Shown here: piece after piece, positions 1 to 9,928 of the stretch
How the letters are laid out: every line of letters begins with the position of its first letter
Numbering within the stretch: the first letter of the stretch is position 1
Assembly: GCF_000738915.1 (NCBI RefSeq)
Contig: NW_026515637.1
Span: 310,001 to 374,000 of the forward strand
Origin: Nematocida ausubeli
Taxonomy: Eukaryota
DNA length: 64,000 nucleotides
Direction of reading: 5' to 3'
The notes under the pieces: generated by a model
What the model was told of the DNA's origin: nothing
The model's database searches: none
The model's input: only the letters and a program-made list of their open reading frames with translations
Made by a program: the position numbers and the translations under genes

Positions 1-391
1 CAGTATGTTAATTAACAAAAGCTATGGCTTCCATTATAAAATCATTATAGAATTGTTCTGGTCGTCCTCAATTGTTCTTGAGTCGATTGCCATTATACCG
101 CAGCTTTTATTGCTCTATAAGACAGGAGAAGTGGAAGTGCTGACAATCGAGTATATAGTGCTCTTGGGATTCTACCGAGCCATTTATATGGCTATATGGC
201 TGGTAAAGTATATTATAACAAGAGAAAACACCCTACTGCTATGCGGGTCAATCATCCAAAGCATTCTGTATGGTGAGCTATTCTGGGTGTATGGAAGAAG
301 AGTGAAGTCAAGAATCATGGAAATAAAGAGAATAGGGAAGGAAGGAATGAGAAAGGAAGGAATAAGATTTATAAGAGATGCATTTGTATAG
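1..391 (+). CDS. ERD2: ER lumen protein-retaining (KDEL/HDEL) receptor, C-terminal part; 5' end outside window
   Basis: ELFWSSSIVLESIAIIPQL, TGEVE and LGFYRAIY match ERD2 motifs; the frame is open from the window start. Confidence 0.9.
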   Translation, partial: SMLINKSYGFHYKIIIELFWSSSIVLESIAIIPQLLLLYKTGEVEVLTIEYIVLLGFYRAIYMAIWLVKYIITRENTLLLCGSIIQSILYGELFWVYGRRVKSRIMEIKRIGKEGMRKEGIRFIRDAFV

Positions 392-793
392 ATAGCAAGC
401 AAATGCGTAGGAAAGTAATATCCCACAAAGAGTGGCTTAAATTAGTTTGAAAGTAACTTTAAAGGGCGCAGTAAAAATAGCACGCCCTATATCAGCTAGA
501 ACATTATACAGTACATGTAATAATCTGGGGCAAAATAGTCTAAGCAGAAAAAGGCGCTGGGTCTGGTGAATGCTAATCTATGGTGTACATTCAGGCACGC
601 CAGGAATTATAATTACCACAGGTAATAGCCTTCTATATTGTATAAGTGATACTCAGCCATAGAAATCCGCCGATTGACATACGTAGAGTACTGTTTAATA
701 ATCGCATGCTGCGGTAAAATCACATTTAGTAGCCTGTTATAAATACAACAAAATATATCCCAAGTACATCCAAATAAAAACATTAATAGTGTT

Positions 794-1099
794 TTAATTT
801 TCTTTTTTTCCGTTTTGGCACCCTTCAAAGTATGCAATTAATTCAGACACATTATTACTAACACTTACCTTCCTATAATAGCCCTCTATTAGTCCAATTT
901 CTTCTATCATATTCATTCTGTTTATAATAATCATATCCATTAATTCTAGCAAGCACTTTTTGTATTCAATGCTTTTTTCTTTGGCCTTAATGATTTCCTT
1001 TAATAACAACTTTATTTGTTCAGTTTCCTTCTTGTTTTTTCCTAGCTCTTTGTTCTGTCGCAAATGCTTTTCTATCTGCTCCACCGTCCCAATAGGCAT
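794..1099 (-). CDS. Hypothetical small Lys/Glu-rich helical protein
   Basis: 101-aa ATG-initiated ORF starting 34 bp after the upstream gene's stop; no recognisable motif. Confidence 0.5.
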   Translation of the reverse strand: MPIGTVEQIEKHLRQNKELGKNKKETEQIKLLLKEIIKAKEKSIEYKKCLLELMDMIIINRMNMIEEIGLIEGYYRKVSVSNNVSELIAYFEGCQNGKKEN

Positions 1100-1133
1100 G
1101 CTCTGCTGAACTTCTTTGATAGTATACTTGGTA

Positions 1134-1568
1134 TTACTCGATTGGTCTATCCTGTGACCCAGATATAGCTGAATGGTTCTGCAAGAACCCTTCTAATAAC
1201 TTTAAATCCAGCTGGTCATCTCCTATGTCTTGGTATCCAATAATTCCTCCAGTAAAGTATCCATCAGAAAATGTCGCTAGGTATGGAAGATGTGTGATTT
1301 CTAGCATATTTGTTATATATGGAAACTTTTCTGCTTCGCCGCACAAAAACTCTATTTTGCTGTACTGAGGCGCCAGCGACTCCAGAGCCTTATTCATCTC
1401 CTGGCACCTTTTAAACTTCTTATCGTAGAAATGCATCACAATCTTGTCCTTCTTCACTTTCTTGCATAGAAGGGCCTCATCTGTTATTTCCCTAAGAATA
1501 TGATGCGTCTGCAGCAGCTCCTTTCTTCTTTCTGTTACATACTTCTTGATAAGTGCATCATCCTCCAT
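1134..1568 (-). CDS. Phosducin-like / thioredoxin-fold protein (PLP1/TXNDC9 type)
   Basis: IVMHFYDKKFKRCQEMNKALESLA, AEKFPY and LPYL..F.DG...GGIIGY; ATG at 1568 preferred over the track's TTG. Confidence 0.85.
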   Translation of the reverse strand: MEDDALIKKYVTERRKELLQTHHILREITDEALLCKKVKKDKIVMHFYDKKFKRCQEMNKALESLAPQYSKIEFLCGEAEKFPYITNMLEITHLPYLATFSDGYFTGGIIGYQDIGDDQLDLKLLEGFLQNHSAISGSQDRPIE

Positions 1569-1639
1569 GGTGCGCAAATATTTGCAGAATAAAACTGTGT
1601 TTCATCCTGGGTATATTTCAAATAGAATGGGCACATGCC

Positions 1640-1984
1640 ATGTATAACATGCAAAAGACAATAATATGGTCAAAGACAAAGATATTTTTTACATTCTTTG
1701 CATTTGTGTTCTCTATTTCAATTGTTTTCTTTAGCTTGCTCCCTATATTCAACCAGACTTTGCAGGGTGAAAATGTGTTTACAATCCTTGTAGGCATCAT
1801 TCACGCTCTAAGAATGGTAGAGTTTCTGTTTATACTAACAGGAGGCCAATGGTTTGTGTGGTTATTCACAACATACATGATGAATATACTGGCGCTGTCC
1901 TTGTTTTCATACTCAGATGTGGTGGCAATGATGAACACCGCAGTAAGCGGGGGTGACTCAGGTGCTCCTGCCCCAGAGGCATAG
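1640..1984 (+). CDS. Hypothetical small multi-pass membrane protein
   Basis: About 3 hydrophobic segments; first in-frame ATG at 1640, divergent from the phosducin-like gene. Confidence 0.6.
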   Translation: MYNMQKTIIWSKTKIFFTFFAFVFSISIVFFSLLPIFNQTLQGENVFTILVGIIHALRMVEFLFILTGGQWFVWLFTTYMMNILALSLFSYSDVVAMMNTAVSGGDSGAPAPEA

Positions 1985-2564
1985 TGCTTACCTGGAGTAG
2001 CTGAGCTTCGCTGCATCTAGTTGTACTAATACAGCATGAATAGTATAAAGAGGTATATTTTCCATAGAAACAAAAGTATTATAGAGAATCCATAATGAAG
2101 GGTTTCTACACCACAAACAACCCAAATTATTCAAAAACATGCATAATAGAAATATTTCTTGGTGGCATGGTGCAGTTAAAAGGAAATCTATAGCTCAAAT
2201 GTAGTAACTCAATAAAGATATCATCTTTTATAGTAGAGGCTATTTATTTAACTCTTAAGAAAATTGCGCATTCTATTTTTTAAAACCCGAATTGTTTTTA
2301 ATATTCTCATTGCAACTACATGTATAATGGCCACTATCGAAAGTATTTTCAGTTGAACACTCCTATGCTCTTTGCATCTCTGTCTAAAAGTAGCAAATTA
2401 CCATAATATTTACAGCACTTCTGTTATTGAGAGGCCAAAATGAGTGCTCTTAAAGACACAAAATACATAATCTCATAAATGCATCTCTTAGCTTCCTTAG
2501 TGTACAAAAAAGTATTTGCTTATTTCAGTCATAAGCATGCAAACTTACGCCACTCCAGAGAGAA

Positions 2565-3866
2565 TCACCATGGATTATCGTACGGAATGGGAGACCATGC
2601 TGTTTCTTGTTCTTGGTCTATAGGTGCTTCCTCTGTGGTACGCTCTGCATTTATTGAAGGATCAGATAGAAACCATGAGAACTTTTGTATTTGCTGCGAA
2701 TGAAAGGCTTGAATCTTTATGATGCGTGGAAAGAAAGACTCTTCTTTTATAACTATCTCTTTATCTCCCTGCAAATAAACAGTTTTATTCTTTAATGAAA
2801 TTGGGAAGACTTTGCTGACTGTCTTTAAGCACCCTATGCTATTCAGCAGATACGCATGTATCTTTTCTATCTGTTTCTCATTAAAGTTTATTAGGGCATG
2901 TCTTAGAGACGGAACAAAGCCTTCCTTCTCCTCAGGCAGCAAGTGAGAGAGTTCCTCTAGTTTTGAATAGAATGAAAAACCATGCAAATAGTTTGTATTA
3001 GTGCAAATAATGAAAAGTATCTCATCCTGCGACACCTTTGGAACTAGAAACAGGCCACAGCTATGAACTGCAGGTGCAAAATTACTTCTATGGTTATATG
3101 TACTATGCATTATTTGCGTATGCAGCTCATTATATCTTGTTTGTTCGTCCTGGGTGAGGCTTTGTTTCTCTCCAATATTCTGAGGAATACTCCCTTTTAA
3201 GACATCCTGTGCATTTGTTTTCTCTGCAGATATTTCCAAGAATTCATCTGGCAAAAGGGCAGGCTTAAGGAAGGGGTCCTGGGATACTTCATTTAGGAAA
3301 TTGTTTGAAATTGCTTCTGAAGAAGAAGTGAAGTCTTGAAGCGATTTATAGTACGATTTAAGTAGCTCGTTGTATACCTCTCTGCTTTTGTTTATGGTGG
3401 CATTCTTAAGGGAATGAAAAGAGGTTTCTTCTTTAATGTATGAGAAAATTGCCTCCTTTAGCTCTATTTCGGCCTTCCATATGTCATACTTTTCTGTAGA
3501 GAAGGCGCTTTTCCTTGTTTCTGCTGCTGTGTAGATGGATTTCATCTTATTATCGAGTTTATTCTCGGTGTTTTTCATATCCTCAGATGTTTTTGCTACA
3601 TAGTTTTCTGCTATCTTTACCGCAGCATCTAGCTCTCTAGAAACAGTGCATGCCATTTTGTGCATGCTCTTTAAGGTCAGCAGGTGTAGATTACAGTGCT
3701 TTAGTATGGAAATCATCAATGGATCTGCAGAGTATGCTGTATTACTAAAGACAGTTGACTCAGAGAACACTTGAAGCGCAGCTGCCTGTGCTGCACTTGC
3801 TTGCTTGTATATAGAGGATGCGTGCTTTGCCTTATTTACGAGTATGTTTATCTCTGGAAAGAGCAT
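2565..3866 (-). CDS. Coiled-coil (BAR-like) plus degenerate PH-like protein, possibly Slm1-like
   Basis: 433-aa ORF; long helical N-terminal half; FIICTNTNYLHGF resembles the Slm1 PH segment; family call tentative. Confidence 0.6.
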   Translation of the reverse strand: MLFPEINILVNKAKHASSIYKQASAAQAAALQVFSESTVFSNTAYSADPLMISILKHCNLHLLTLKSMHKMACTVSRELDAAVKIAENYVAKTSEDMKNTENKLDNKMKSIYTAAETRKSAFSTEKYDIWKAEIELKEAIFSYIKEETSFHSLKNATINKSREVYNELLKSYYKSLQDFTSSSEAISNNFLNEVSQDPFLKPALLPDEFLEISAEKTNAQDVLKGSIPQNIGEKQSLTQDEQTRYNELHTQIMHSTYNHRSNFAPAVHSCGLFLVPKVSQDEILFIICTNTNYLHGFSFYSKLEELSHLLPEEKEGFVPSLRHALINFNEKQIEKIHAYLLNSIGCLKTVSKVFPISLKNKTVYLQGDKEIVIKEESFFPRIIKIQAFHSQQIQKFSWFLSDPSINAERTTEEAPIDQEQETAWSPIPYDNPW

Positions 3867-4339
3867 GAAAATATAGAGCGTAAATTAAAATGTGCTAATT
3901 AATAGACAAGTATACCACTGGAGAATGCTAAAAGCACTTATTATTATGTAAACAAGGAGCAGCTTTTATTAATGTACTTACGAAGCAGTATACTGGCGCG
4001 TGCCCTCTTATTTCTAAAAATTCTTTCTCGATTATAGAACTCAGCTGCATATTTATAAGTAATTTTAGAAGTAAAGCTGGTATGTGAGTGAGTCTCTAGC
4101 CCAGTAAATTTAAAGCTGCAATATTAATATCTTGTGGAACAGTATTCACCCAGAAGGAAAAGAAGTCTATAAATCAGCTTAAAGCATTAATTCAATCATG
4201 AAAATATCCTATACAAAGGTGAGGCTAAGCCACTTGAATAACAGCTGGCATACTTTAATAGAAGGAGCACTCAAATAGCAAAGAAGCTATTGCAAGCTCT
4301 TTAGCTGTGTCAAGGTTCTAGCAGTTAGAGCACAGATTA

Positions 4340-5014
4340 CTAAATAACTCGTTTAATGACTGCATAGTAGTTTCCATGGTCTTTTCCGGACTCAAGTATC
4401 TCTACAGGCAGTGTGCTCAGAAGGTTCTCTAATTCATTCATTTTAAAGAGATGGTAGTATCGGTTTAGAGTGTTTTTGCTTTTCCATCCTACAAATACAT
4501 CATTGCCTGACAGCCCGCTGATTTTATCAAGGCTTGCATCTTCCAAGTTTGGAATGCTAATAAACTTTGATGGCTTACTTTCTGGAGACTCACTCCAGAC
4601 ATATATCAACGCGTGTCCTCCAATTCGCAAGGAGTTTACCATTGACTGAACAGCCTTATATCTTCTTTCCTCGCTAGATAAGTGGTGAATCACTGCTACA
4701 GAGATGCAAATATCAAACACACCAGGCACAATGCCTAGGTCATCTCCTAAATCAGCTCGAATGTATGCCATTCCATTGTGTTTTTCTTGCGCTATTCTTA
4801 GCAGCCCATCCGAAAAGTCCAAGGAGACGGTTCTTTCTGGGAATAGCGTGTTTCTTCCATTTCCGCTCCCTGCATCAAGTATAATATCCGTCTCTTTTAC
4901 GTACTTCTGATAAAAGTATTCTATTTTTGGCCACGGCTTGTATCTTGTGGCTGAAAACTCTTTTGATGAATCCTGGTAGAACTGGTGCACATGTTTTCTT
5001 TCAAAGTCTTCCAT
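4340..5014 (-). CDS. TRM9: tRNA wobble-uridine (mcm5U) methyltransferase, Trm9/ALKBH8 type
   Basis: FERKHVHQFY, FSATRYKPWP, ILDAGSGNGR, ISVAVIHHLSSEERR, LIYVW, RYYHLF, DHGNY. Confidence 0.93.
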   Translation of the reverse strand: MEDFERKHVHQFYQDSSKEFSATRYKPWPKIEYFYQKYVKETDIILDAGSGNGRNTLFPERTVSLDFSDGLLRIAQEKHNGMAYIRADLGDDLGIVPGVFDICISVAVIHHLSSEERRYKAVQSMVNSLRIGGHALIYVWSESPESKPSKFISIPNLEDASLDKISGLSGNDVFVGWKSKNTLNRYYHLFKMNELENLLSTLPVEILESGKDHGNYYAVIKRVI

Positions 5015-5041
5015 TTATAAGTATTGACACAACTTTTCCAC

Positions 5042-5500
5042 ATGAAAATTTTTTCCGTTTTATTGCTGCGCTGCAAGAAGCCCTCCTGCACACATGCGAA
5101 TTATTTAGTGCCAGATGGCTGCACAATAAAATGGTCTATAAGACAGCCAGAAAGCAAAGATTTTGCATTCCTCCAGGCACAGCTGCAAGTTATCTGCATG
5201 ATGAATCTGTCGACCAATGAGTTTATACTGCCATACATTCTGAATGCTGCAAAAGAATGTCTTGCAGCAGAGGATCCAGCCCGGGAATATTTCAACTACG
5301 ACATAGACTTCTTTGAAAAATCCTTTGAAAAGAACTCATTTGAGCTTATAGATGACAAAAAAGCGATCACTAACTTATTCACTGCCTTGCTATGTGCTAA
5401 GTTAGAGGAGGGAACTTTAAGGTGTGCAGAGTGCCACATGGCATATCCCATATACGACGGTGTGCCAAACCTTCTTACCAAACAGGATATAGAATATTAA
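5042..5500 (+). CDS. TRM112: Methyltransferase activator Trm112
   Basis: MK...LLRCKKPSC N-terminus and EEGTLRCAECHMAYPIYDGVPNLL C-terminus (Trm112 zinc-binding signature); ATG at 5042. Confidence 0.9.
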   Translation: MKIFSVLLLRCKKPSCTHANYLVPDGCTIKWSIRQPESKDFAFLQAQLQVICMMNLSTNEFILPYILNAAKECLAAEDPAREYFNYDIDFFEKSFEKNSFELIDDKKAITNLFTALLCAKLEEGTLRCAECHMAYPIYDGVPNLLTKQDIEY

Positions 5501-5565
5501 GAATAAAGCATGTGTAATTGCTTTATGGCACAGCATTTGGTGTTTCTATTTATTATCATCATGTA

Positions 5566-7494
5566 TTATCTCCTTCGGCTTGCTTCTATTGCAGTGTCAG
5601 ATGAAAACTGAATTGCATTTAGCCTCACAGAGTGCTTTTTAAAGAGCTTTTCTGCAATGCCATGACTTATATCACTTACCATGCGTATAACATACTTTCC
5701 ATCCATTTTTGTGAGCTCTTTATATATAGTCCATTTTTGGTCTATACTATCCTGGATTCTTCTTCCGCGCATAGCTTTTTTTGGAGGCTCAAGTCGTCTA
5801 ATTTGCACTTTAGTTCCAGTTCCTGCAACGAATGCCATTCTCTCCCTGGTGGCATATGCTGTTTGCAATAAGTAGCCACCTAGAATCGCAAACTCCACTC
5901 TTTCCTGAACTGTGAATTGGTTTATGTCTGGATTTATGGTGATGTGTGGCTTTATGTTGTCCAAAATCTTTCGAATTTGCCGTTTGGATTTAATTGCATT
6001 CTCCAGATTCTTTTCATTTAGCCCGTGTGCATAGCAGAATCCTCTTCTGTCATTGCTTCCTTCGTAGTCCTTCAGGATCAAATAGAGCGAAAGATGGTCG
6101 CTATTTGGAATTGCCAGATCAAACTTCTTTTTGTCAAATATTAAATTGCCTGAGATTGAGGACAAAGTGACTAACTCATCCTCTACATTGTACCGCACTG
6201 ATTCCAGCAGACTTTTTGCATCTCGCGGCTCTAGCGGAAACTCCACCATAAGCCGGCCCTCTTCTGTGATGTTTCCTTTTTCATCAATGGCTGCAAGGAA
6301 GTAAAGTTGATTCAGAGCAACAATAACAGACTCTGGAAGAGGTGGCTCTATAAAGTCAAAAGTCACTAGATTCTTTATGTGCAGCCTTGCCATTTTTAAA
6401 ACCAAAGAAGACAGCTCTCCTCTGAGAATTTCTGGAATTGTAAACTGCTCCATTTCATCGTACATCTCCTGTGCATAGAGCCTGTAGCATATTCCGGCTC
6501 TAACTCGCCCAGCTCTTCCCTTTCTTTGGTCAGCACTTGACTTAGAAATGGGCAGCTTCAGGAGCATTTCTGATTGAATTTTTGAATCATAGATCTTCTG
6601 TTTTGAGTATCCTGAGTCTATCACATACACCACGCTCTCTATTGTAATTGAAGTCTCTGCTATGTTTGTTGCAAAAATGACCTTCCTTTCCTTTGTCTTG
6701 TTGAATATCATGTTCTGTGCATGCATCGGAAGCGAAGAGTATAGCGGCAAGGGAAGCAGCTTTTGTTTCTGCGCTGGATTCTTTCTGTTTAGTGCATTCT
6801 GTTGGTAGAACACTTCTCGGCAGCACGTTTCAATCTCATCCTCTCCTGTTAGAAACACCAGGATATCCCCTTCCTTCTCTGTTTCGTTTATTTTCATTGC
6901 AATTTCAACTGCTTTTTCAACATACTCATCCTTTTCAGCCGGCAGATATCTTACTTCAATTGGGAAGGACCTGCTGGTAATGTGAAGCGTGGCTGCTCCT
7001 GGGAAGTATTCTGTGAATTTATTTGTTGAAAGCGTAGCACTCATTATAACCACCTTTAAGTCACTTCTGATTGCAATTGCATCTTTGACTAGCCCCAGCA
7101 GCAGGTCTATATTAATTGTTCTTTCGTGCACCTCATCTATTATGATAGCTTTGTACTGGGATATGCTTGCATCATTAATGAAATCTCTTATTAAAGTTCC
7201 GTCCGTAACATACCTTATTTTTGTATGCTCTGAAAGGCACTCTTCAAATCGAACAGAATACCCCACTAACTTGCCAAGAGTCTGCTTCATTTCCTCTGAG
7301 ACTCTCTTAGCAATGCTAATCGCTGCAATTCTTCTGGGCTGGGAGCAGACCACAGACTCGTTGTACATTTCATATATGTACTTTGGGACCTGTGTTGTCT
7401 TTCCTGTTCCCGTTTCACTTGACAGAACAAGCACCTGATTCTCCCGAATTAAGTTCTGTATTTCATTCTTTCTGTCTTCTATTGGGAGCGTCAT
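5566..7494 (-). CDS. PRP43: DEAH-box RNA helicase, Prp43/DHX15-like
   Basis: ETGTGKTTQVP, SQPRRIAA, DEVHER, MSAT, TNIAETSITI, QRKGRAGR, HA2 region; ATG at 7494 after an AAATTT tract. Confidence 0.85.
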   Translation of the reverse strand: MTLPIEDRKNEIQNLIRENQVLVLSSETGTGKTTQVPKYIYEMYNESVVCSQPRRIAAISIAKRVSEEMKQTLGKLVGYSVRFEECLSEHTKIRYVTDGTLIRDFINDASISQYKAIIIDEVHERTINIDLLLGLVKDAIAIRSDLKVVIMSATLSTNKFTEYFPGAATLHITSRSFPIEVRYLPAEKDEYVEKAVEIAMKINETEKEGDILVFLTGEDEIETCCREVFYQQNALNRKNPAQKQKLLPLPLYSSLPMHAQNMIFNKTKERKVIFATNIAETSITIESVVYVIDSGYSKQKIYDSKIQSEMLLKLPISKSSADQRKGRAGRVRAGICYRLYAQEMYDEMEQFTIPEILRGELSSLVLKMARLHIKNLVTFDFIEPPLPESVIVALNQLYFLAAIDEKGNITEEGRLMVEFPLEPRDAKSLLESVRYNVEDELVTLSSISGNLIFDKKKFDLAIPNSDHLSLYLILKDYEGSNDRRGFCYAHGLNEKNLENAIKSKRQIRKILDNIKPHITINPDINQFTVQERVEFAILGGYLLQTAYATRERMAFVAGTGTKVQIRRLEPPKKAMRGRRIQDSIDQKWTIYKELTKMDGKYVIRMVSDISHGIAEKLFKKHSVRLNAIQFSSDTAIEASRRR

Positions 7495-7738
7495 TATGAA
7501 AAAATTTTTGAGCAGCCACTTCGGGTCTACCGGTAGATAACGAAAACCAGAAAAGTTTTTGTAAAGTAGAGTGTACAAAGACACACACTACATACTTACC
7601 ATACTGTTTGCCGCCTTGTCTGTGCATTACAGTTCGCATATTAAGTACCAATATAAACTTGCACTTTATACTTCTTGGCTACACATTGAAAGATGTTTCT
7701 ATAAATATAATAATATTATATGTATTATTCTCTTTATT

Positions 7739-9163
7739 CTAGCATACTTGTTTTTTTGCCATTTTTAAGTTCAGCATGTCGCCTATTTTATCAATGACAT
7801 CAAGTGCCTTGTCCAAGTCTTCCTTTTTGTGCGCCACTGAAAGACAGAACCTTACTCTGCTGCTGATCACGGGTGTCGCAGGGTACCCTACTACAACAAC
7901 CGCAATATTTTCCTTCAAGCACATTCTAGAGAACTCTGCAATTTTTCCTGGATTGTAAAGCATCAGTGGCACTACAGGAGAATCCTTCTCCCCAATCACA
8001 ATAAACCCCATGCGATGCAGTGCCTTCCTAAAGTACCGTGAGTTCTTTGCTAGGGTCTGTATTTCCTGTACTCCTTCCTCTGTCTGCATTCTCTTCAGAC
8101 ACTCAAGGATCTGCGTGGCCACAACAGGAGGCATTTGCTCTCCTCGGTTCACCAGCTCAGACCGCTTCCTGAGCAGGTTTACAATCTTCTGGTTTGCTGC
8201 AATGTAGCCCCCTGCTGCTCCAAAGCTCTTTGTAAATGTTCCCATTAGAAGATCAATCTCATTAAAGTCCACATCCAGATACTCGCAGACCCCCCTTCCT
8301 GTCTTCCCCATAGCACCAATTGAGTGCGCCTCGTCAATGAACAGGTAGAATGGATACTTTTTTTTCAAGGCCAATATTTCCTTTAATTTCACACACTCTC
8401 CTTCCATGGAGTAGATTCCCTCCACTATCACAAGAATCCGCCCAATTGGCCGGTGTGTCCTGTCCTGTCCCTCAATGATGGCCTTTCTAAGGATTTTTTC
8501 TAGCATATCTATATCATTATGCTTGAATCTCTCCACTTTGCACGGGCTGATCCGAGTCCCAAAAAAGATACTTGAGTGGTTCAGGGAGTCTGCAATTATC
8601 AGGTCGTCCTTATTTACTAAGTATGGAATGGTGCATGCATTTGTTGCAAAGCCCATGGGGAACACTATGGCATCCTCCTTATACAGGAATGCTGCTATTT
8701 CCTTCTCTAACTGTCTGACTAACTGGCACTCTGGAAGAAACTTTACAGGCCCACAATATGCCACTGGGTAGTCAATGAGGGCCTGCTTTGCCTCTTTGTT
8801 ATACTTACCTGCGTATCCCAGATAATTATACGATGCTAAATTAAGACACTCCTTTGACTCTCCTGTCAAATACATGTTGCCCTCCTTGTCTCGGGCGCGC
8901 AAAAGAACCTTCACATTTCTTCCTGGTATTCCTGTGATGGGCCTGTTCCAGCAATCACTCAGCCTGCCATAAAGACGCCTTGTGTAGAAGCTTCCTGAGG
9001 CTGTAAACAATGGCGGCCGCCCATTGCTAGGAAACATGTGCTTGTAGAGCTTCGGGAAGAGCATCTGCCCAATGAAGTCCCGAGCATGCCCCAAAACAAT
9101 CACTATAAAGTAAGACAAGTACGTTGTGACTATTGTGAAAAATGGAATGTATATTTCACTCAT
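7739..9163 (-). CDS. LCB2: Serine palmitoyltransferase catalytic subunit
   Basis: CLNLASYNYLG, DSLNHSS, EGIYSMEG, DEAHSIG and PLP-lysine motif GTFTKSFG; ATG at 9163. Confidence 0.95.
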   Translation of the reverse strand: MSEIYIPFFTIVTTYLSYFIVIVLGHARDFIGQMLFPKLYKHMFPSNGRPPLFTASGSFYTRRLYGRLSDCWNRPITGIPGRNVKVLLRARDKEGNMYLTGESKECLNLASYNYLGYAGKYNKEAKQALIDYPVAYCGPVKFLPECQLVRQLEKEIAAFLYKEDAIVFPMGFATNACTIPYLVNKDDLIIADSLNHSSIFFGTRISPCKVERFKHNDIDMLEKILRKAIIEGQDRTHRPIGRILVIVEGIYSMEGECVKLKEILALKKKYPFYLFIDEAHSIGAMGKTGRGVCEYLDVDFNEIDLLMGTFTKSFGAAGGYIAANQKIVNLLRKRSELVNRGEQMPPVVATQILECLKRMQTEEGVQEIQTLAKNSRYFRKALHRMGFIVIGEKDSPVVPLMLYNPGKIAEFSRMCLKENIAVVVVGYPATPVISSRVRFCLSVAHKKEDLDKALDVIDKIGDMLNLKMAKKQVC

Positions 9164-9928
9164 ATTATGACAAACAATAAACAAAATATTAAGAGAACTG
9201 CGGGTCTTTTTAAAGGTCTATAGAGTCTAATTAAGAAAGAGGTGATAGGATATTATTAAAATTCTTGCTTAGGTTATTCGAATGCCAAAGGTTTTCAATA
9301 CATCCATATTTTTCTAATAATTATTTTGGAATATTTTTGTCTCTAATTGTTTTGTGCTGCAATTACGCTCTTTATTATTTCAGCCATCATTTATTTATTA
9401 TTCAAGGTCTTGATAATTTCTCTTTTCTCAAGCCATAAATTCATATGCAAACTGCTCCTCCATGGAACAGTAGTGCTATGCAAAACTCTTATATAAAGGC
9501 TCAAACGCAATGCGTAAATAATCTAAACTTCAGAGCGAGAAGCGCTCTTCACTAAAATGCTTTCAAAGCTGTTTTCTGTGACTTGGTTAACTGTCTCATA
9601 AATATTATATTGTAGAGGCACAAATGGTTACACTTTCTATGAATAAACAGCCTTTCATTAGACTGTGCGAATTATTCTAATTATTCACACATATATTCAT
9701 GGTAGCCATATTTCTATACTAAATGCGTTGAGAAGAGCCTAAGACCTATCTTCTATATTTCTTTTTATACAAATAAACGTAGCTATATATTTTCTTATAT
9801 TCTACTGATGGATGGAAAGAGCCCAAAATAAATATATTAGTGCAGTTTGGGGAATCTGCAATGTAAACTGTATTTCTATTGTTGGAATATCCAAGCCATG
9901 GTTCATTTACACTCTGCATCCCTTTTCT

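Noticed and set aside
613..837. 74-aa ORF overlapping 794..1099, a possible frameshift extension
   Set aside because: TTG start, no motif and no independent support.
7592..7600. ATACTTACC resembling the U1 snRNA 5' end (GTAAGT splice donor on the other strand)
   Set aside because: No U1-70K loop or Sm site at suitable spacing, and no gene in the window needs an intron.
7571..7768. 65-aa ORF with YQY..ALY..ER resembling the small subunit of serine palmitoyltransferase, next to LCB2
   Set aside because: No ATG anywhere in the frame, a stop just upstream of the GTG, motif spacing is off, and it overlaps the LCB2 3' end; an HMM search against the SPT small-subunit family would settle it.
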